Assembly: GCA_030390025.1 (NCBI GenBank) | Contig: CM059432.1 | Coordinates: 127,908,001-127,972,000, forward strand | From: Squalus acanthias | Lineage: Eukaryota | Direction: 5' to 3' | DNA length: 64,000 nt | Part shown: positions 34,896 through 48,491 of the stretch, piece after piece | Position numbering within the stretch: position 1 is the first letter of the stretch | Layout: the number at the start of each line of letters is the position of its first letter | Translations under genes and position numbers: made by a program | The notes under the pieces: model-generated | Database searches by the model: none | What the model was told of the DNA's origin: nothing | Seen by the model: only the letters and a program-made list of their open reading frames with translations

Positions 34896-36499
34896 CTACA
34901 TTTAATGTGTATTACCTTTCCTTGTTAGCCCTCCCCAAATGCATTACCTCACTTCTCCAGATTGAATTCCATTTGCCACTGTTCTGCCCATCTGACCAAT
35001 TTATTGATATCTTCCTGCAGTCTACAGCTTCCTTCTTCAGTATCAACCACCCAGCCGATTTTAGTATCATCTGCAAACTTCTTAATCATACCCCCTATAC
35101 TTCCTCTCTCGCTATGTTTATTTTATCTAATATTTTCACTCCTCTTCCCCCCCCCCCGCCCCCCCCCCCGGGTAGCAATGTCTGCTTCGCCCCTCTCCTT
35201 TGTGAAAACAGACGCAAAGTATTCATTAAGAACCCTACCGACGTCTCCCGCCTCCACACGCACATTACCCTCATGATCTCTAATAGGCCCTACCCTTTCT
35301 TTAGTTATCCTCTTACTCTTAATATATTTATAAAACATCTTTGGGTTTTCCTTGATTTTACTTGCCTAGAATTTTTCATGCTCTCTCTTTGCTTTCCTAA
35401 TATCATTTTTAATTGCCCCCCTGCACTTTCTGTACTCCTCTAAAGATTCTGGAGTATTTAGCCCTCGGTATCTGTCATATGCCTTCCTTTTTTTCTTTAT
35501 CCTACCCTGTATGTCTCTAGACATCCAGGGGGCTCTAGATTTGTTAGTTCCATCTTTTTTCTTTGAGGCACATGTTTGGTCTGTTATCGAATCTTACAGC
35601 ACAGAAGGGGGTCATTCCACTGCAATAACATTTTGTGGTGATTAATTTTCAGATACAGAGATCACAGGGATTTGGAAACCAGTTTCCGTACAAGTCTATA
35701 AGCTTAACCAAATGGTGGTCAGTTATGATTAACTAAAATCTTTTAATTTCCAGTTCCAACAGAAGTCCAATATTGATGGAAAATATCTCTGTTTGAGTCA
35801 GCAATGCCTTAATTTAGTTGACATCTTCCAAATGCCACAGGAGTACGGTCAGGTTGTCAATAGAAAAAATCATAAAGAGCATAGTTCCTACAAGATGTTT
35901 TAATGTTGCGACATTGCTCTTGTGTTCCTTCCTTCCTGCACAATAGAAAAATGCCTTTACCGGCCTGACACATATTCCACGTATGAGACCCTGCCAGCAG
36001 GCCATCAACATCAGATGTGCAATCTTCTGTGCCTGATTTTGCGGCAGGTACTTTTGGCCAGTTTAGTTAGGCTGTACTACTAACGTGGGTGGACCTTGTG
36101 TAACTTTGTAAATTGGTCAAATCAGGCCCCACATTGAATTTCCAAGTATTTCTTTTGGCTGGGAGCATTTTTGAGGTAGTGTATTGATCATTTTACAAAG
36201 TTTTTTGGGTTCATTGGGGCTGTCCTTTTGCAAAATTATGGCTTTTGCTGTGCTACACTCTATCAATGTATTATTGATTGTCAATTAAAATGAAGCATGG
36301 CTAGTTGAAACCAATTGATATTCCAGTGAGTATTTGACTTTTGTTCGGTTAGAAAATTAAAATTGCATTTTAAGTGGCAAATAGCTGTAGCAATATAAGT
36401 GGCACCTCGGAAGGTTGGGAGGATGAAATTTAACTCTCAATTCCCATGCTGTTGCACGATCTGGATGAGACAGTCTACTTGATGGGACAGCATCGGTCG

Positions 36500-37400
36500 G
36501 TGCAAAGATGCTTCTACATTAAGTGCACACCAACCACTTCCCCAGGACTCGAGTGCAAACTAAGTCACTCCTACCCGTGGACGTCCGAGGATACCACTGT
36601 TTCACTGCAAGACAGTGACCGAGCTATGTGATCTGCAGCATAACTTACAGACTGTGTCAAGAATGAGAACGGCTTTCCCTGTTGTTGTCAAGATCACCAC
36701 GGCATTAAGCATCCTTGGAACAGGAGCCTTCCAGGTCACTGCAGAGGACATTTGCCAGATAAGTCAATGTCCAGTTTATCCTCCAAAAAACATGTTACTG
36801 ATGCTATGTTTATCAAAGGAAGCACTTTATTACTTTTCCTGTGGAAAGGAGAAATAAACTGGAGTGGAGAAAGTACTTTTATTGATGGGCTTCCCAAGGG
36901 TTCACAGTGTTGCAGATGGAACCATGAGACTATCGGGGCTCTTAACGCCAACCCCAACACATATATGAATGGGGAGGAATACTACGCCATTCATATGCAG
37001 GAGGTTTCTAGCCATGACAAAGTGATCCTGCAAGTAAGTGCCTGTTATCCAGGAGCACCCCATGTGCTTTCGTTCTGCAGTAGTCCACAGCGCCTACATT
37101 GTTTGAAAGTGCCGAGATGATAACTGGAATGACTTTTGGAAAACCGGGGTTCCTGACTCCTATTAGAAACCCCCATACAGCAGTGCAGTGGAACACCGGT
37201 GCACCAAGTTTTGTGACCTCCTGTCACTGTGGAGCATACCATTGGAATGCTGAAGCGCATATTCCATTGCTAGAGCTGGGTGGGGTGCTGCAGTAGAATT
37301 AGTTTAATGTGTGCAAAATCATTACTGTCTGCTGCATGCTGCACACTTTAGCATTTCAAAGAGGGATAAGTATGCAGCTTGAGGATGAGAAGGCCAAAGG
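36500..37400 (+). pseudogene. Decayed PIF/Harbinger (HARBI1-like) DDE transposase
   Basis: AFPVVVKITTAL...TGAFQ...DICQISQ...VTDAMF and YMNGEEYYAIHMQEV...ILQVSACYPGAPH, matching the Harbinger NRKGxxSxNxQ...ARxPGSxHD pattern; many frameshifts. Confidence 0.78.
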
Positions 37401-39239
37401 AGCGGCAGGGCCACACTTGCAGTGGGAGACAGAGGTGGAGGTAGAGTGGCCCGAAATTTGATCATAAATAAGTACTTCCAGTAAGTGACCCCTGCAATCT
37501 ATAAGTAAACTTTGATATCCTACATAGTAGAGACTCTGAAAATAGCCTGTTATCTGTACTTGCCCTGACCCAGCAGGTTGCACAATATCCTGCACTTGGA
37601 TCCTTCTATCCTCCTGCCTGCAAACAGCATTGGCACACTAAACACGGGTGAAATTCAAGGTTCATAATTTATTTGTGTCTATACAAAAGTGAAATGATCT
37701 ATTTCCTACACCGTACTTCCCATTTAACTGTAAGGTGTGTTTGATCTACTTCATTATAAACTGCTGAATTGCTCCCCAAGTGGGAGCAGAAACTATAGTA
37801 TTGCTTGGAGATTGTGAACTTCTTAGAATGGCTATGGCTGTAACCTTCTGGATGCAGGAGTCCCAGATGTACCTGCAACATCTGGAGCCATATGTTACAA
37901 CTAAGTGCACTTGCTGGTTGGAGTGGGAGGACATGCAGACATCTTGAGAGAGAGCCACCTTATCAGACTCTTTCTGCAGCTCAACAACTGATGAGGAACA
38001 CTTTGGCTGGAAGTCCAGCAGGCTACTTGAGAGCAATCTCTAGAGAGTCTCTAATATGGGTGAAGCCTGCCATCTCTGCTCTTTCCAAACAATCTTAGTT
38101 TTCCAACCTGGCAGTTATAGAGTCGAGTATTTAGCTGCCCAAGAACTCAGTGAATGCTATTTTCCCATTGGTCCCCCACTGTTGGCTATCCCCAGAGATG
38201 ATCATGAAAATGCCACTTGAGCATTACAAACCTCACCTGCAGCACTGCAGTGATATCTGAAGTGTTGTGCACATTCTTGGACAACTGCTGCATGCTGCTC
38301 TTGGGGACACTAAGGTTGAAGCCAATGCAGTGTGCTTCTGCATCCACTTGCATCTAAGGCAAGCCAAGTAGGATACCAATCCTTTGCCTATGCACTCGAA
38401 ACATGTGAGCTTGCAGTCTGCTCAGAAGATCTTTCCTCTTCCTCCCCTGCTCTGTCCGCTTGCTACTTCACTAATTTTCACTAATTTCCTGCTCCAGGTG
38501 CTATTTTCTGGTCTGGTATTGGTTGCAAAGGGACTGTTTGGCGCAACGTGTGATAATTTGCAGAACATAGTTCCAGTGTGCTTTTGGCCTTCATTTTGGG
38601 AAAACAAATAAGAGGAAAGGACAGCTGCTTGCAATGCAAGCCCAAGACAAAAGGAGCCAAGAACATTGGACATTTTATTTGTAATGTAGCTGCTTAGAAA
38701 GCCCCTGGGGTAAAGGAATACCGGGAATGTGGGAAAGATTTCAAAAAAAGGATTACTTGCTTGGGTGTGGCACTATCCCTCCAAACTTGGTCTTACCAAT
38801 GCTTTCCACAGTTTCTCTTGGGAACAGTAAAGGTCATCTCTTCATGTGCAGTGGGGGTCTTGATAGTTGCAGGGTACCCACCTGTCATGTTCCTATCTTT
38901 GTGGCTATGAGCAGCCTTGACCTAAAAGCAGAACACTGAATATTAGAGGATCCCATACAGCACCCCTGTGATCACAACACCTTCCTCCTGGGGCAGCCAC
39001 TTTACAAAGGGAACAGTCTTTGTGATGGCAGTACAGTACTTAGTTGGAGCAGAATTTTCAAGCTCCAAATGAAAGGTGTTGTGATGTTCCACTGCATATG
39101 TGCACTGCATGAGTACGGTGGAAAGAGAAGCATGTTGCCTTTATTCCGAGGGGAGGGGAGGGGAGCAACAAATTCTGTGTGTCAGACTTTTCATGGACCA
39201 AGAGGCAGGAAGTGAGCAAAGGAGAACCCTATGTGAATC

Positions 39240-39428
39240 TGGGAGATCAGGTTCACCTTCTCAGCTACCTCCTCCTAGGCAGTTTGCGCGACCACCTTGC
39301 AGGAGTGGAGTGGTGGCTGCCTGCCTCAGTAAGAGCCAACCTTCCATTGTTGCCATCTCCTGCAGCAGGATGTCCAGGGTTTCTATTTATAAAAAAACAA
39401 TTTTGCCTTTGTTGCTCCTTTTAGCCAT
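39240..39428 (-). pseudogene. Decayed Myb/SANT-like partner gene of the Harbinger element
   Basis: Minus-strand fragments ETLDILLQEM and TA*EEVAEKVN (stop where W is expected), convergent with the transposase. Confidence 0.55.
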
Positions 39429-40569
39429 TATTTCACCGTGCAAATGTAGGTTTTCTGTAGGGGAAAAAAAAAGTTTTCTTGAAAAGGTAAGAATTCTCCC
39501 TTGAAACGTTGATGGCTAGCTGGATTTTATGAATGGCAACCAGTCAGCTTGCAGGCCTGACTCCCTGCACACATTTTCCATGTGCAGGAAGCCTAGACAA
39601 ATTCACAGGCAGCCGGAGATTGCAAAATTTTACACAGCCCACGCTACAGGCAGTCACAATTTTTTTGAGTTTTCCCTGTTGTCAGCAGTTGAGATATTCC
39701 CCTCTGCTGTTTCCCTGCAGAACTTTTAACTCGATTTCCCCCCCAAAATTTTTATCTTGTAGCTTTTTTTGTGAATTCTTTGTTCCTGGTCAAGAAAATA
39801 GTTTGCTGCATTTAAATGTTGTGTGGCGCACATTCTTGGCTTTTGCAAACACTGATGGCAACAGCTATATAGTAACCATTACATGGCTTAATAACCAATT
39901 TGTCATTTGAATTTAGTGAAGGGTTTTGGCAATAAAATGGCCACGGTTCATTTAAAGTACAATTTTTAGGTTTTTTGTCTAATTGGTAATTGTGACTGCT
40001 GCTATGTGTCTTGCAAGGACATTAAATTCATCAATAACTCGGGCCAGTTGACAGACTTTTACTGTGGTTATTTATCACTTCTTGGATTACTTAATTGTTT
40101 CTGTTAACATTGGAAAATCTTTTACATAACACTGCAATACCATCTTGTATATTGGATAAGTTGTTTCGCACAATACTTTTTGGTCAGAATGTTTAGGTGG
40201 AACAGCATATCTTGTCTCTGTGATCTCCTCAAGCAATATGTCAGACCCAAGTCTTGAAGGGTGAGAGGAAATTAGAGAGTAGGAGACGTACAGCAACAAA
40301 GAGGCAGAAATAAAGAGAGTGTGAGAAACAAATGAAGTTTCAGATCTAGAAATAAAGGGAAAGAACTAGTGGAAAAGACAAACTGTATAAGAGACATATA
40401 GAAGAATGGAAACAGCTAAGCAGCCCTATATATGGGGAGACTGAGAAAGAAAATAGTCAGATAGAAACAATGAGAGAACGTCTTGTGGGGGAGAGACAGT
40501 GAGAGATACACACTAATTTATCGACCAGTGCATTCGGGCATTGGGAATGCCACGGGAGATAACTCTTGG

Positions 40570-41000
40570 CTTGACCTGGATAATGACAAGTGACACAAAA
40601 AGCAGACTGGGAATGGAAGTAGTGGCATCCTAGGACAACAGTGACCATAACATGATTAACTTTGACACCATCTGGGATGATTAACTTTGATACTATCTGG
40701 GATGAATCAATATTGCAAACCAATACAACATTAAAAGGGTCAACTTCAAGACAATGAAGGAATAGCTTAAACAAATTTAGCAGGGAGGGAATAACACTGA
40801 AGAAAATGGATTACATGCATGACCATTAAGTATATACATACTAGGGCTAGTAAGCATGGATTCAAGAAACACAATCCCAAATGAATCAATAAGACACTGA
40901 AGAGAATTAAGTAAGATAAACAAGCTCTACAAAGCTTCTCAGAAGATAGGCGAGGAACTACACTGGGAAGAAAACAGCGACTGAAAAATGTTTTTTTTTA
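40570..41000 (+). mobile_element. Old CR1 fragment (endonuclease end)
   Basis: AGTGACCATAACATGATT (SDHNMI); contains a 25-bp tandem duplication at ~40652-40705. Confidence 0.55.
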
Positions 41001-41125
41001 AAGGCAGTCAGAGAGGGGGACTAGGAATGACCCCAACCCCTCTATCCTTGTAAACTAACCTCATCTCAAACCTTCATTTCCTCTCCAGAATCCTGGAATG
41101 TGTTGTCACCTCCCAAATCCATGTA

Positions 41126-41366
41126 CAGGCAACTCTTTGGTATCCGGCACCTACGGGACCTGGATGGTGCCGGTTGATTAAAAATTCCGGATAACGGAGA
41201 TGTATACCTACCAAGGTACGAGAGCCCTGTTACACAGCCACAGGTGCAGGAGCCCCGGTTACACGGCCACTAATATACAGTAAAACTTACCTAAACCTAC
41301 TCCTGAATTTTGCCGGTTAATGGAGAATTCCGGATATTTAGGTGCTGTTTAAACGAGAGTTTCCTG
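41126..41366. mobile_element. Tc1/mariner MITE, same family as 13024, opposite orientation, inserted in an L2 fragment
   Basis: TA-CAGGCAACTC...GAGTTTCCTG-TA; terminal regions match the reverse complement of the 13024 copy. Confidence 0.85.
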
Positions 41367-41759
41367 TACTTCTTTCCTGCAACTTCATGTTTGAATCTCT
41401 CCAATCAGGTTTCTGCCTCCACCAAGCATGAAAGTGGCAGTAGCTGGAAACCATTGGAGGGGGTTGTGGGGTGCTGCTCATCAGAGTGATGATATGGGGT
41501 GGGAGCAGTGATTGGGGCATGGAGAGGAGAAAGGATATGAATGCTCAGGGTGGAGGGGGCGCGATTTGGATGTGGTGGGGTGTGGGCAGTTTTGTCTACG
41601 TCATTGCTGTGGAATTCTACTAAATTACTACTCTTTTTCTGTTTCCCCTGCCATGACCACAGCCCAGCCAACCTTGAGGCTGGGCGTTGGGTCTTAGTGA
41701 TGGGATTAACAGGAAAAACCTGTTTTTAAATTAAATAAAAGTGCTTTGAAACCATTTCA

Positions 41760-44225
41760 CATAATATTTATAGCACAGAAACAGGCCATTTGGCCCAACC
41801 GGCCCATGCCATTGTTTATGCTCCACACGAGCCTCCTCCCACCCTCCTTCATCTAACCCCGTCAAGATATCCTTCTATTACTTTCTACCTTATGTGTTTA
41901 TCTAGCTTCCCCTTAAATGCATCTATGCTAGTCGCCTCAACTACTCCTTGTGGTAGTGAGTTCCACATTCTAACCACTCTTTGCTTAAAGAAGTTTTTCC
42001 TGAATTCCCTATTGGATTTATTGGTGACTAATTTATATTTATGGTCCCTAGTTCTCATCTGCCCCCCTCAAGTGGAAATATCTTCTCTGTCTACCCTGTC
42101 AAACCCTTTCATAATCTTGCTATCAGGTCACCCCTCAGTCTTTTTTTCTAGAGAAAAGAGCCCCAGCCTATTTAACCTTTCCTGATAGGTATAACCTCTC
42201 AGTTCTGATATCGTCCTGGTAAATCTTTTTTGCACCTTCTCTAGTACCTCTATCATTTTTAATAATATGGAAACTAGAACTGTTCACAGTACTCTAAGTG
42301 TGATCTAACCAAAGTTCGATATATGTTTCACGTAACTTCTCTGCTTTTCAATTCTATCCCTCGAGAAATGAACCCCACTGCTTTATTTGCTTTTTTATGG
42401 CCTTATTAACCTATGTCGCTACTTTGTTATTGGTGTATCTGTACCACCAGACCCCTTTGCTCCTCTACCCCATTTAGACACTTATTTTCCAAGGAGTATG
42501 TGACCTCCTTATTCTTCCTACAAAAACGCACCACCTCACACATAACTATATTGAAGTTCATTTGCTAATTAGACACCCATTCTGCAAGTTTATTAATGTC
42601 TTCCTGTATTTTGTCTCAGTCCTCCTCTGTCTTAACTTAATCCCCCAATTTGGTGTCTTCCGCAAATTTTGAAATTGCACTTCCAATTCCAGAGTCCAAA
42701 TCATTTATGTAAATAGTGAACAACAGTGATCCCAGCACCGATCCTTGTGGAACACCACTTCTCACCTTTTGCCAGTCTGAGTAACCACTTTTAATCCCTA
42801 CTTTCTGTGTTCTGTTTTGTAGCCAGCATACTATCCATTCTGCTACTTGTCCCCTGACTCCACATTCTATGAGTCTACTATGCGGTACCTTATAGAAGGC
42901 CTTTTGAAAATCCAAATATATTGTATCTGCTGCTTTACCCTTGTCTACCCTTTCTGTTACTTCAAAGAATTCAGTAAGGTTGTTCAAGTATGGCCCCTTT
43001 TGAAATCTGTGGTGACTACTCTTTTATATTTTCAGTTTCTAGATGTTTTTCAATTCATCTTCGAGTAGGGATTCCATTATCTTTCCTACAACTGACGTTA
43101 AGCTAATTGGTCTATAGTTCCCTGGACTTGTTCGATCTCCCTTTTTTAAATATAGGAACCATGTTAGCTGTCTGCCAGTCCTTTGGCACTATTCCCTTTT
43201 CTAATGAATTTTTATATATATGTAATAGTGCTTCTGCTGTCTCTTCCCTAACTTTTTGTATGCGCGGATACAATCCATTCGGACCAGGGATTTTATCCTC
43301 TCTAAGTTTTGTTAGTTTATCAATTATCTCTCCCCTTTCTATCTTAAATGTCTTTATCTTTCTAATGTTATGCCCACCATTTTAGTCTCGCTGGTAAATA
43401 CTGAGACAAAGTAATATTTAATATTTCTGCCATTTTGCCGTCATTACCTGTGAGTTTATCGTGTGTATCCCTATGCTGATTTTTCTTTGTTATTAATGTC
43501 TGTAGAATACTATTTCTTTGTATATTCCTTGATAGTTTAATTTTGTAGTTTCTCTATGCCTTCCTAATTGTTTTGAGTTCTTTCCTAATCTTTTCATATT
43601 CTCATTTGTCATCCTCTCCTTTGTTGTTTATGTACTTAGTGTATGCCTTTTTCTTCAATTTCAATTTTGCCCTTATTTCTTTATTCATCCATGGTGTGTC
43701 ATTACTGGCTAGTTTTGCCTTGCTTTTTAATGGGCTATATTTCTCCTGGACTCTCTTGATCACCGTTTTAAATGTTTCCCACTGCTGTTCTATTTCTTTA
43801 AGTAAATTTTTCTAGTTTATTTTCCCTAGTTCTATTCTCAGCCCTGTAAAATCAGCTTTTTTCCAATTTATTGCTTTGGTCTTTGTTTTACTTATGTGTT
43901 TCTCAATTTTTAGCTTAAACCTTATTATATTGTGATCGCTATTGCCTAGATGTTCCCCTACGCTTACTTCTCTTGTTGGTTCTGGTTCATTTCCCAGTGC
44001 TCCCTCTCTTGTTAGGCTTTTTACATACTGGGTAAGAAAGGAGTCCTGCTCACATTGTTAAAAACTCCATTCCCTTTCGTATCTTCTTGCCAGTTTATTT
44101 TGGGGTAGTTAAACGCTCCCATAATGATTATTCTGTGTCCTTTAGTCATTTCACATATTTGCTTACATATTTCTTCCTCCACCTCCTTTCCATTATTAGG
44201 TGGTATGGAGTATACCCCTATTAGC
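41760..44225 (-). mobile_element. CR1 LINE ORF2 remnant
   Basis: [40 protein letters not shown]; tail near 41770. Confidence 0.9.
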
Positions 44226-45691
44226 TTGATAAATCCCATATCTTTTCCAAGAACATGACATTAGGCATCATGGCCGGGTGGGGGTAGGAGAAGGACAGGA
44301 CGTCTGGCCATGAACAAGGGATGGCACAGGGGCTCCAGGTTAGGGGAGGGGCATGCAGCAGTGGGAGACGACATTTTAGGAGCTCTAAGATGGATGGCAT
44401 TGTGAAGAACAGCGCCATCTATCTTGGAGACGAAGCTTGAAGAATTCCATTAGCGGCAAGTAAAATGAACAATTAAGTTAATGGTGATAGGAAAGTGTGA
44501 TGGAAGCGGCATGACAGGAAGTAGTATTTAAATATTACTTGACAGGAAACGTGTGCATAGACATAATATTTAAAAATACATATTTCTGTTCCTGTAATGC
44601 TGCTGTTCTTTCCTACTCTAATTCTGTTTCTTGTACATTTTTATTTTCCCCTGTATGACTGACACTCTTCTTGTGATGTCTGTTTTGTCAATCTTTTTCT
44701 TGTGTTCTCACTCTTGCTGTATCTGTTTGCTAGTCTATATCTTATCTGTCTTTATAGCTTCTTCATTAACCTAAACACTCACTTTTTTAAGCCCGTGATT
44801 CACAACAAAGTGGTGGGCAACATGTATCGTATTGGAGGTAGGTACTGGGATCAAATTGGAGATGCTGTTTGGGAGGTGGTGAAACACTTGAGAGGAAATG
44901 GGAAGAAACAGAGACTTATGGGATGGGACCTGTGGTTGCCATGTAGGCGCAGAAGATTGTGGACTGGGATGGAGTTTGATGGGGAGGATTGTTATCTGGG
45001 AATACTCATGGGGTTTGGGTACTTTAGGGAGAAAAGGTAGATGGTATCTGGGGCAACTCTACAGGTGGGCGTAGAGATGGCTGGAGTGTGAGATCTGCCA
45101 TTACTCCACAGGGGAGGAACAGGAGAGGTCAGGACACACTGAACGGGCTCTTCAGGGGTCCTTGGCGTTTAGAATCAGTGTGGTTTACAGCATTCTAGTA
45201 AAAGAGCAGTTTGGGGGAGCAGCACAGGAGTGACCTAGAGCACTATTGAGGCATAATGTGAGCAGAATCGCATCATCAGAAAATAAAGCTGCCTTGACGT
45301 GTGCACTATTGGACCTCAGGCCTACATGTGTGTGATGGAGAACTTCTCTTGGCCCAAGTGATTAATTGAAACTGAAGCCAAGTACTCCAAATTGAACTCT
45401 GGCTTTTAATCCAATGCTTGACCTCTCGGGAAATGTTTTCCACGGATTTAAAGCAATGCGGGCACGATGAATAAGAATAAGCATTTTACTCTGAATTATT
45501 ATGTTATGAATGTTACCTTTACCAGTAAATCTGCACATGGTTGAAAATTGATAGTGGCTCAAACTAGAATTTTTACAAAATTAGTTTAGCAATTTTGATT
45601 GGTCGAATCCAACTGCTTACCTGCTCAGGATTGGTAGCTTTCCAAAAAACAAATATTGTTCAGTTCTGCTCTTTACTTGTTCCTCTTGGTA

Positions 45692-45868
45692 CTTGAGTAT
45701 ATTCAAGGCTGAGATAGATAGATTTTTGGACTCTAGGGGAATCAAAGGATATGGAGATTGGACAGGAAAGTGGAGTTGAGGTCGATGATCAGCCATGATC
45801 TTATTGAATGGCGGAGCAGGCTCGAGGGGCCGTATGGCCTACTCCTGCTCTTATTTCTTATGTTCTTA
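45692..45868 (+). mobile_element. CR1 3' tail fragment
   Basis: GATCAGCCATGATCTTATTGAATGGCGGAGCAGGCTCGAGGGGCC...TTATGTTCTTA. Confidence 0.85.
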
Positions 45869-46199
45869 CCAACTGAATTGAAATATCTTTGGTTTGTATT
45901 TAGTTACAGATATTTGGTAATTTAGCAGTTAAGTTTCATTTCAACTAGTTGATGAATTTTGCCCTGCGGAAGTACAATGGTCTGAAATATAATGCCTTAA
46001 AGGTATGACACAACATATGTGCACGCGATGCAAAACTGTTAATTATATAGACAGAATATTGGAAATCTCTCTCTTCTATAAAATGAAATTTAGATATAAA
46101 GTTATTCTTGGGAGTGTAACTGATGGAAAATATTTGCTTCTGGAAACCATTTGAATGCTTCAATGTAGCTCGAAACTTGCATTCTTTTCATAGGTTTAA

Positions 46200-48491
46200 T
46201 GCACTGGTATTAATCTTCCAGAATTCCCTAGATTCTAGAACAGTCCCCAAGGATTGGAAGGTAGCAAACATAACCCCGCTATTTAAGAAAGGAGGAAGAG
46301 AAAAAACAGGGAACTATAGGCTAGTTAGCCTGACGTCAGTAGTAGGCAAAATGCTAGAATCTATTATTAGGGACATGGTAACAGGGCACTTAAAAAATCG
46401 TAATATGATTAGGCAGAGTCAACATGGTTTTATGAAAGGAAAATCGTGTTTGACAAATTTTTGTTTTTTGAAGATGTAACTAGTAGGGTGGATAAAGGGG
46501 AACCAGTGGATGTAGTGTATTTGGATTTTCAAAAAGCATTTGATAAGGTGCCACCCAAAAAAGGTTATTACACAAAATTAGGACTCATAGGATTGGGGGT
46601 AATATATTAGCATGGATTGAGGATTGGTTAATGGACAGAAAACAGAGAATAGGAATAAACAGGACTTTTTTGGGTTGGCACGCTGTAACTAGCGGGGTAC
46701 CGCAAGGATCAGTGCTTGGGCCTCAGCTATTCACAATCTACATCAATGATTTGGATGAAGGGATGGAGTGTAAAGTATCCAAGTTTGCTGCTGATACAAA
46801 GTTAGGTGGGAAAGTAAGCTGTGAGGAGGACGTAAAGAAGCTGCAGAGAGATATAGACAGGTTGACTGAGTGGGCAAGAACATGGCAAATGAAATACAGT
46901 GGGGAAGTGTGAAGTTATCCACTTTGGTAGGAAAAACAAAAGCAGAATATTTTTTGAATGCTGAGAGACTGGGAAATGTTTGTATTCAGAGGGACCTGGG
47001 TGTCCTTGTACAGGCAGGTACATCAAGCAATTAGGAAAGCAAATGGTATGTTAGCTTTTGTTACAAAGGGATTAGAGTATAAGAGTAAAAGGGGGAAAAA
47101 ATTGGGTATTGCCCATTTTGGGGCGCTAATATCGGCCGGGCGCAAAGTTTAACGTTTGGCGCTAATTATTGCCTCCGACTGCAAAATTCGCCTTTATCGC
47201 CCCTGGAGGTGATCAAGCGCTACACACCTCTCAAAGCGCCAACGTCAGGGAGCGAGGCGCGACCTCAACGCTACCAAAGCTCAGGCGATGTCAGTTACCA
47301 TGAAAGCCAGACAGACTGACGTGGTCCAGTTCTTAAAGGGGAGGTGCCATCTTGCTGGCCAGCCACACCCTGCTCATTGCAACCTTGAATCTCAGCCTGA
47401 AGAGACTTCTAAAGCAATTGTGTTGGAACCACTAATGGATGGGCCCAGGGAAAGAGCTCTGCGCTTAGGAACCTCAACAGTGGTGCTGAGGACCAAACTC
47501 CTCAGGACAGCGTTAAATCTCTCCAGACGTCTCAACCTGCGTGTACCAAAAGTTTTGCCAACAAGAAAAAGTAGGAAGCGCACGCCTTTAAATAGTGCTC
47601 CCCCAGCCCCTTCCTGACTTAAACGTTCCCCTCTACCTGTCGTTCCTAGCGGCAGGCGCTAAGGCAGGGGGCGCGACTCAATTTCCGGTGCATGGCGCTA
47701 CCGGGGTGTTGCACGCTCGACTGGTGTCACGATCTGTGGGTGCAGGAGATCGTGGTAGTAGTGTTTAGCGCCGCCACAAAACAACTGGTCAATTTCGCGA
47801 GCGGCGCTAAAATCGCCGCACTCGGGTGCTAAGTTCCTAGCGCCCTCCTGGAGGCGCTAACTGGAGGCGCGAACCAACCGAATTTTTCCCCCGAGAAGTT
47901 TTATTACAATTATACATGGCATTGGTGAGGCCACACCTGTAGTACTGTGTACAGTTCTGGTCTCCTTACCTAAGGAAAGACACACTTGCCTTAGCGGGAG
48001 TGCAGCGAAGGTTCACTAGATTGGTTCCTGGGATGAGGGGATTGCCCTATGAGGAGAGATAAAGGAGACTAGGCCTATATTCCTTAGAGTTTAGAAGAAT
48101 AAGAAGTGATCTAATTGAAACATATAAAATTCTTAAGGGGCTTAACAGGGTTAATGCTGAGAAAATGTTTCTCCTGGCTGGGGAATCTAGAACACGAGGT
48201 CACAGTCACAGAATAAGGGGTAGACCATTTAGGACCGAGATGAGGAGAAATAGCTTCACTCAGAGTTGTGGGTCTTTGGAATTCTCTACCCCAGAGAGCT
48301 GTGAATGCTCAGTTGTTGAGTATATTCAGGACAGAAATTGATACATTTTTGGGAACGAAGGGAATTGAGGGATATGGGGATCGTGCGGGAAGGTGGAGTT
48401 GAGGTAGAAGATCAGCCATGATCTTGTTGAATGGCGGAGTAGGCTCGAAGGACCAAATGGCCTCCTCCAGCTCATATTTCTTCTGTTCTTA
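46200..48491 (+). mobile_element. CR1 LINE 3' half interrupted by a GC-rich DNA element
   Basis: [38 protein letters not shown]; resumes at 47893. Confidence 0.92.
47091..47892. mobile_element. GC-rich non-autonomous DNA transposon, probably PIF/Harbinger
   Basis: TIRs GGGGGAAAAAATTGGGT / ACCGAATTTTTCCCCC; repeated subterminal GGCGCTA motifs; TSD not cleanly resolved. Confidence 0.75.

Larger units (their letters stand above)
33328..35585 (-). mobile_element. CR1 LINE (internally deleted), interrupted by a PLE
   Basis: QFWSPHYRKD, RLGLFSLEQRRLRGD, WNSLP, FYKYIKSKR...LNEYFASVFT. Confidence 0.9.
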
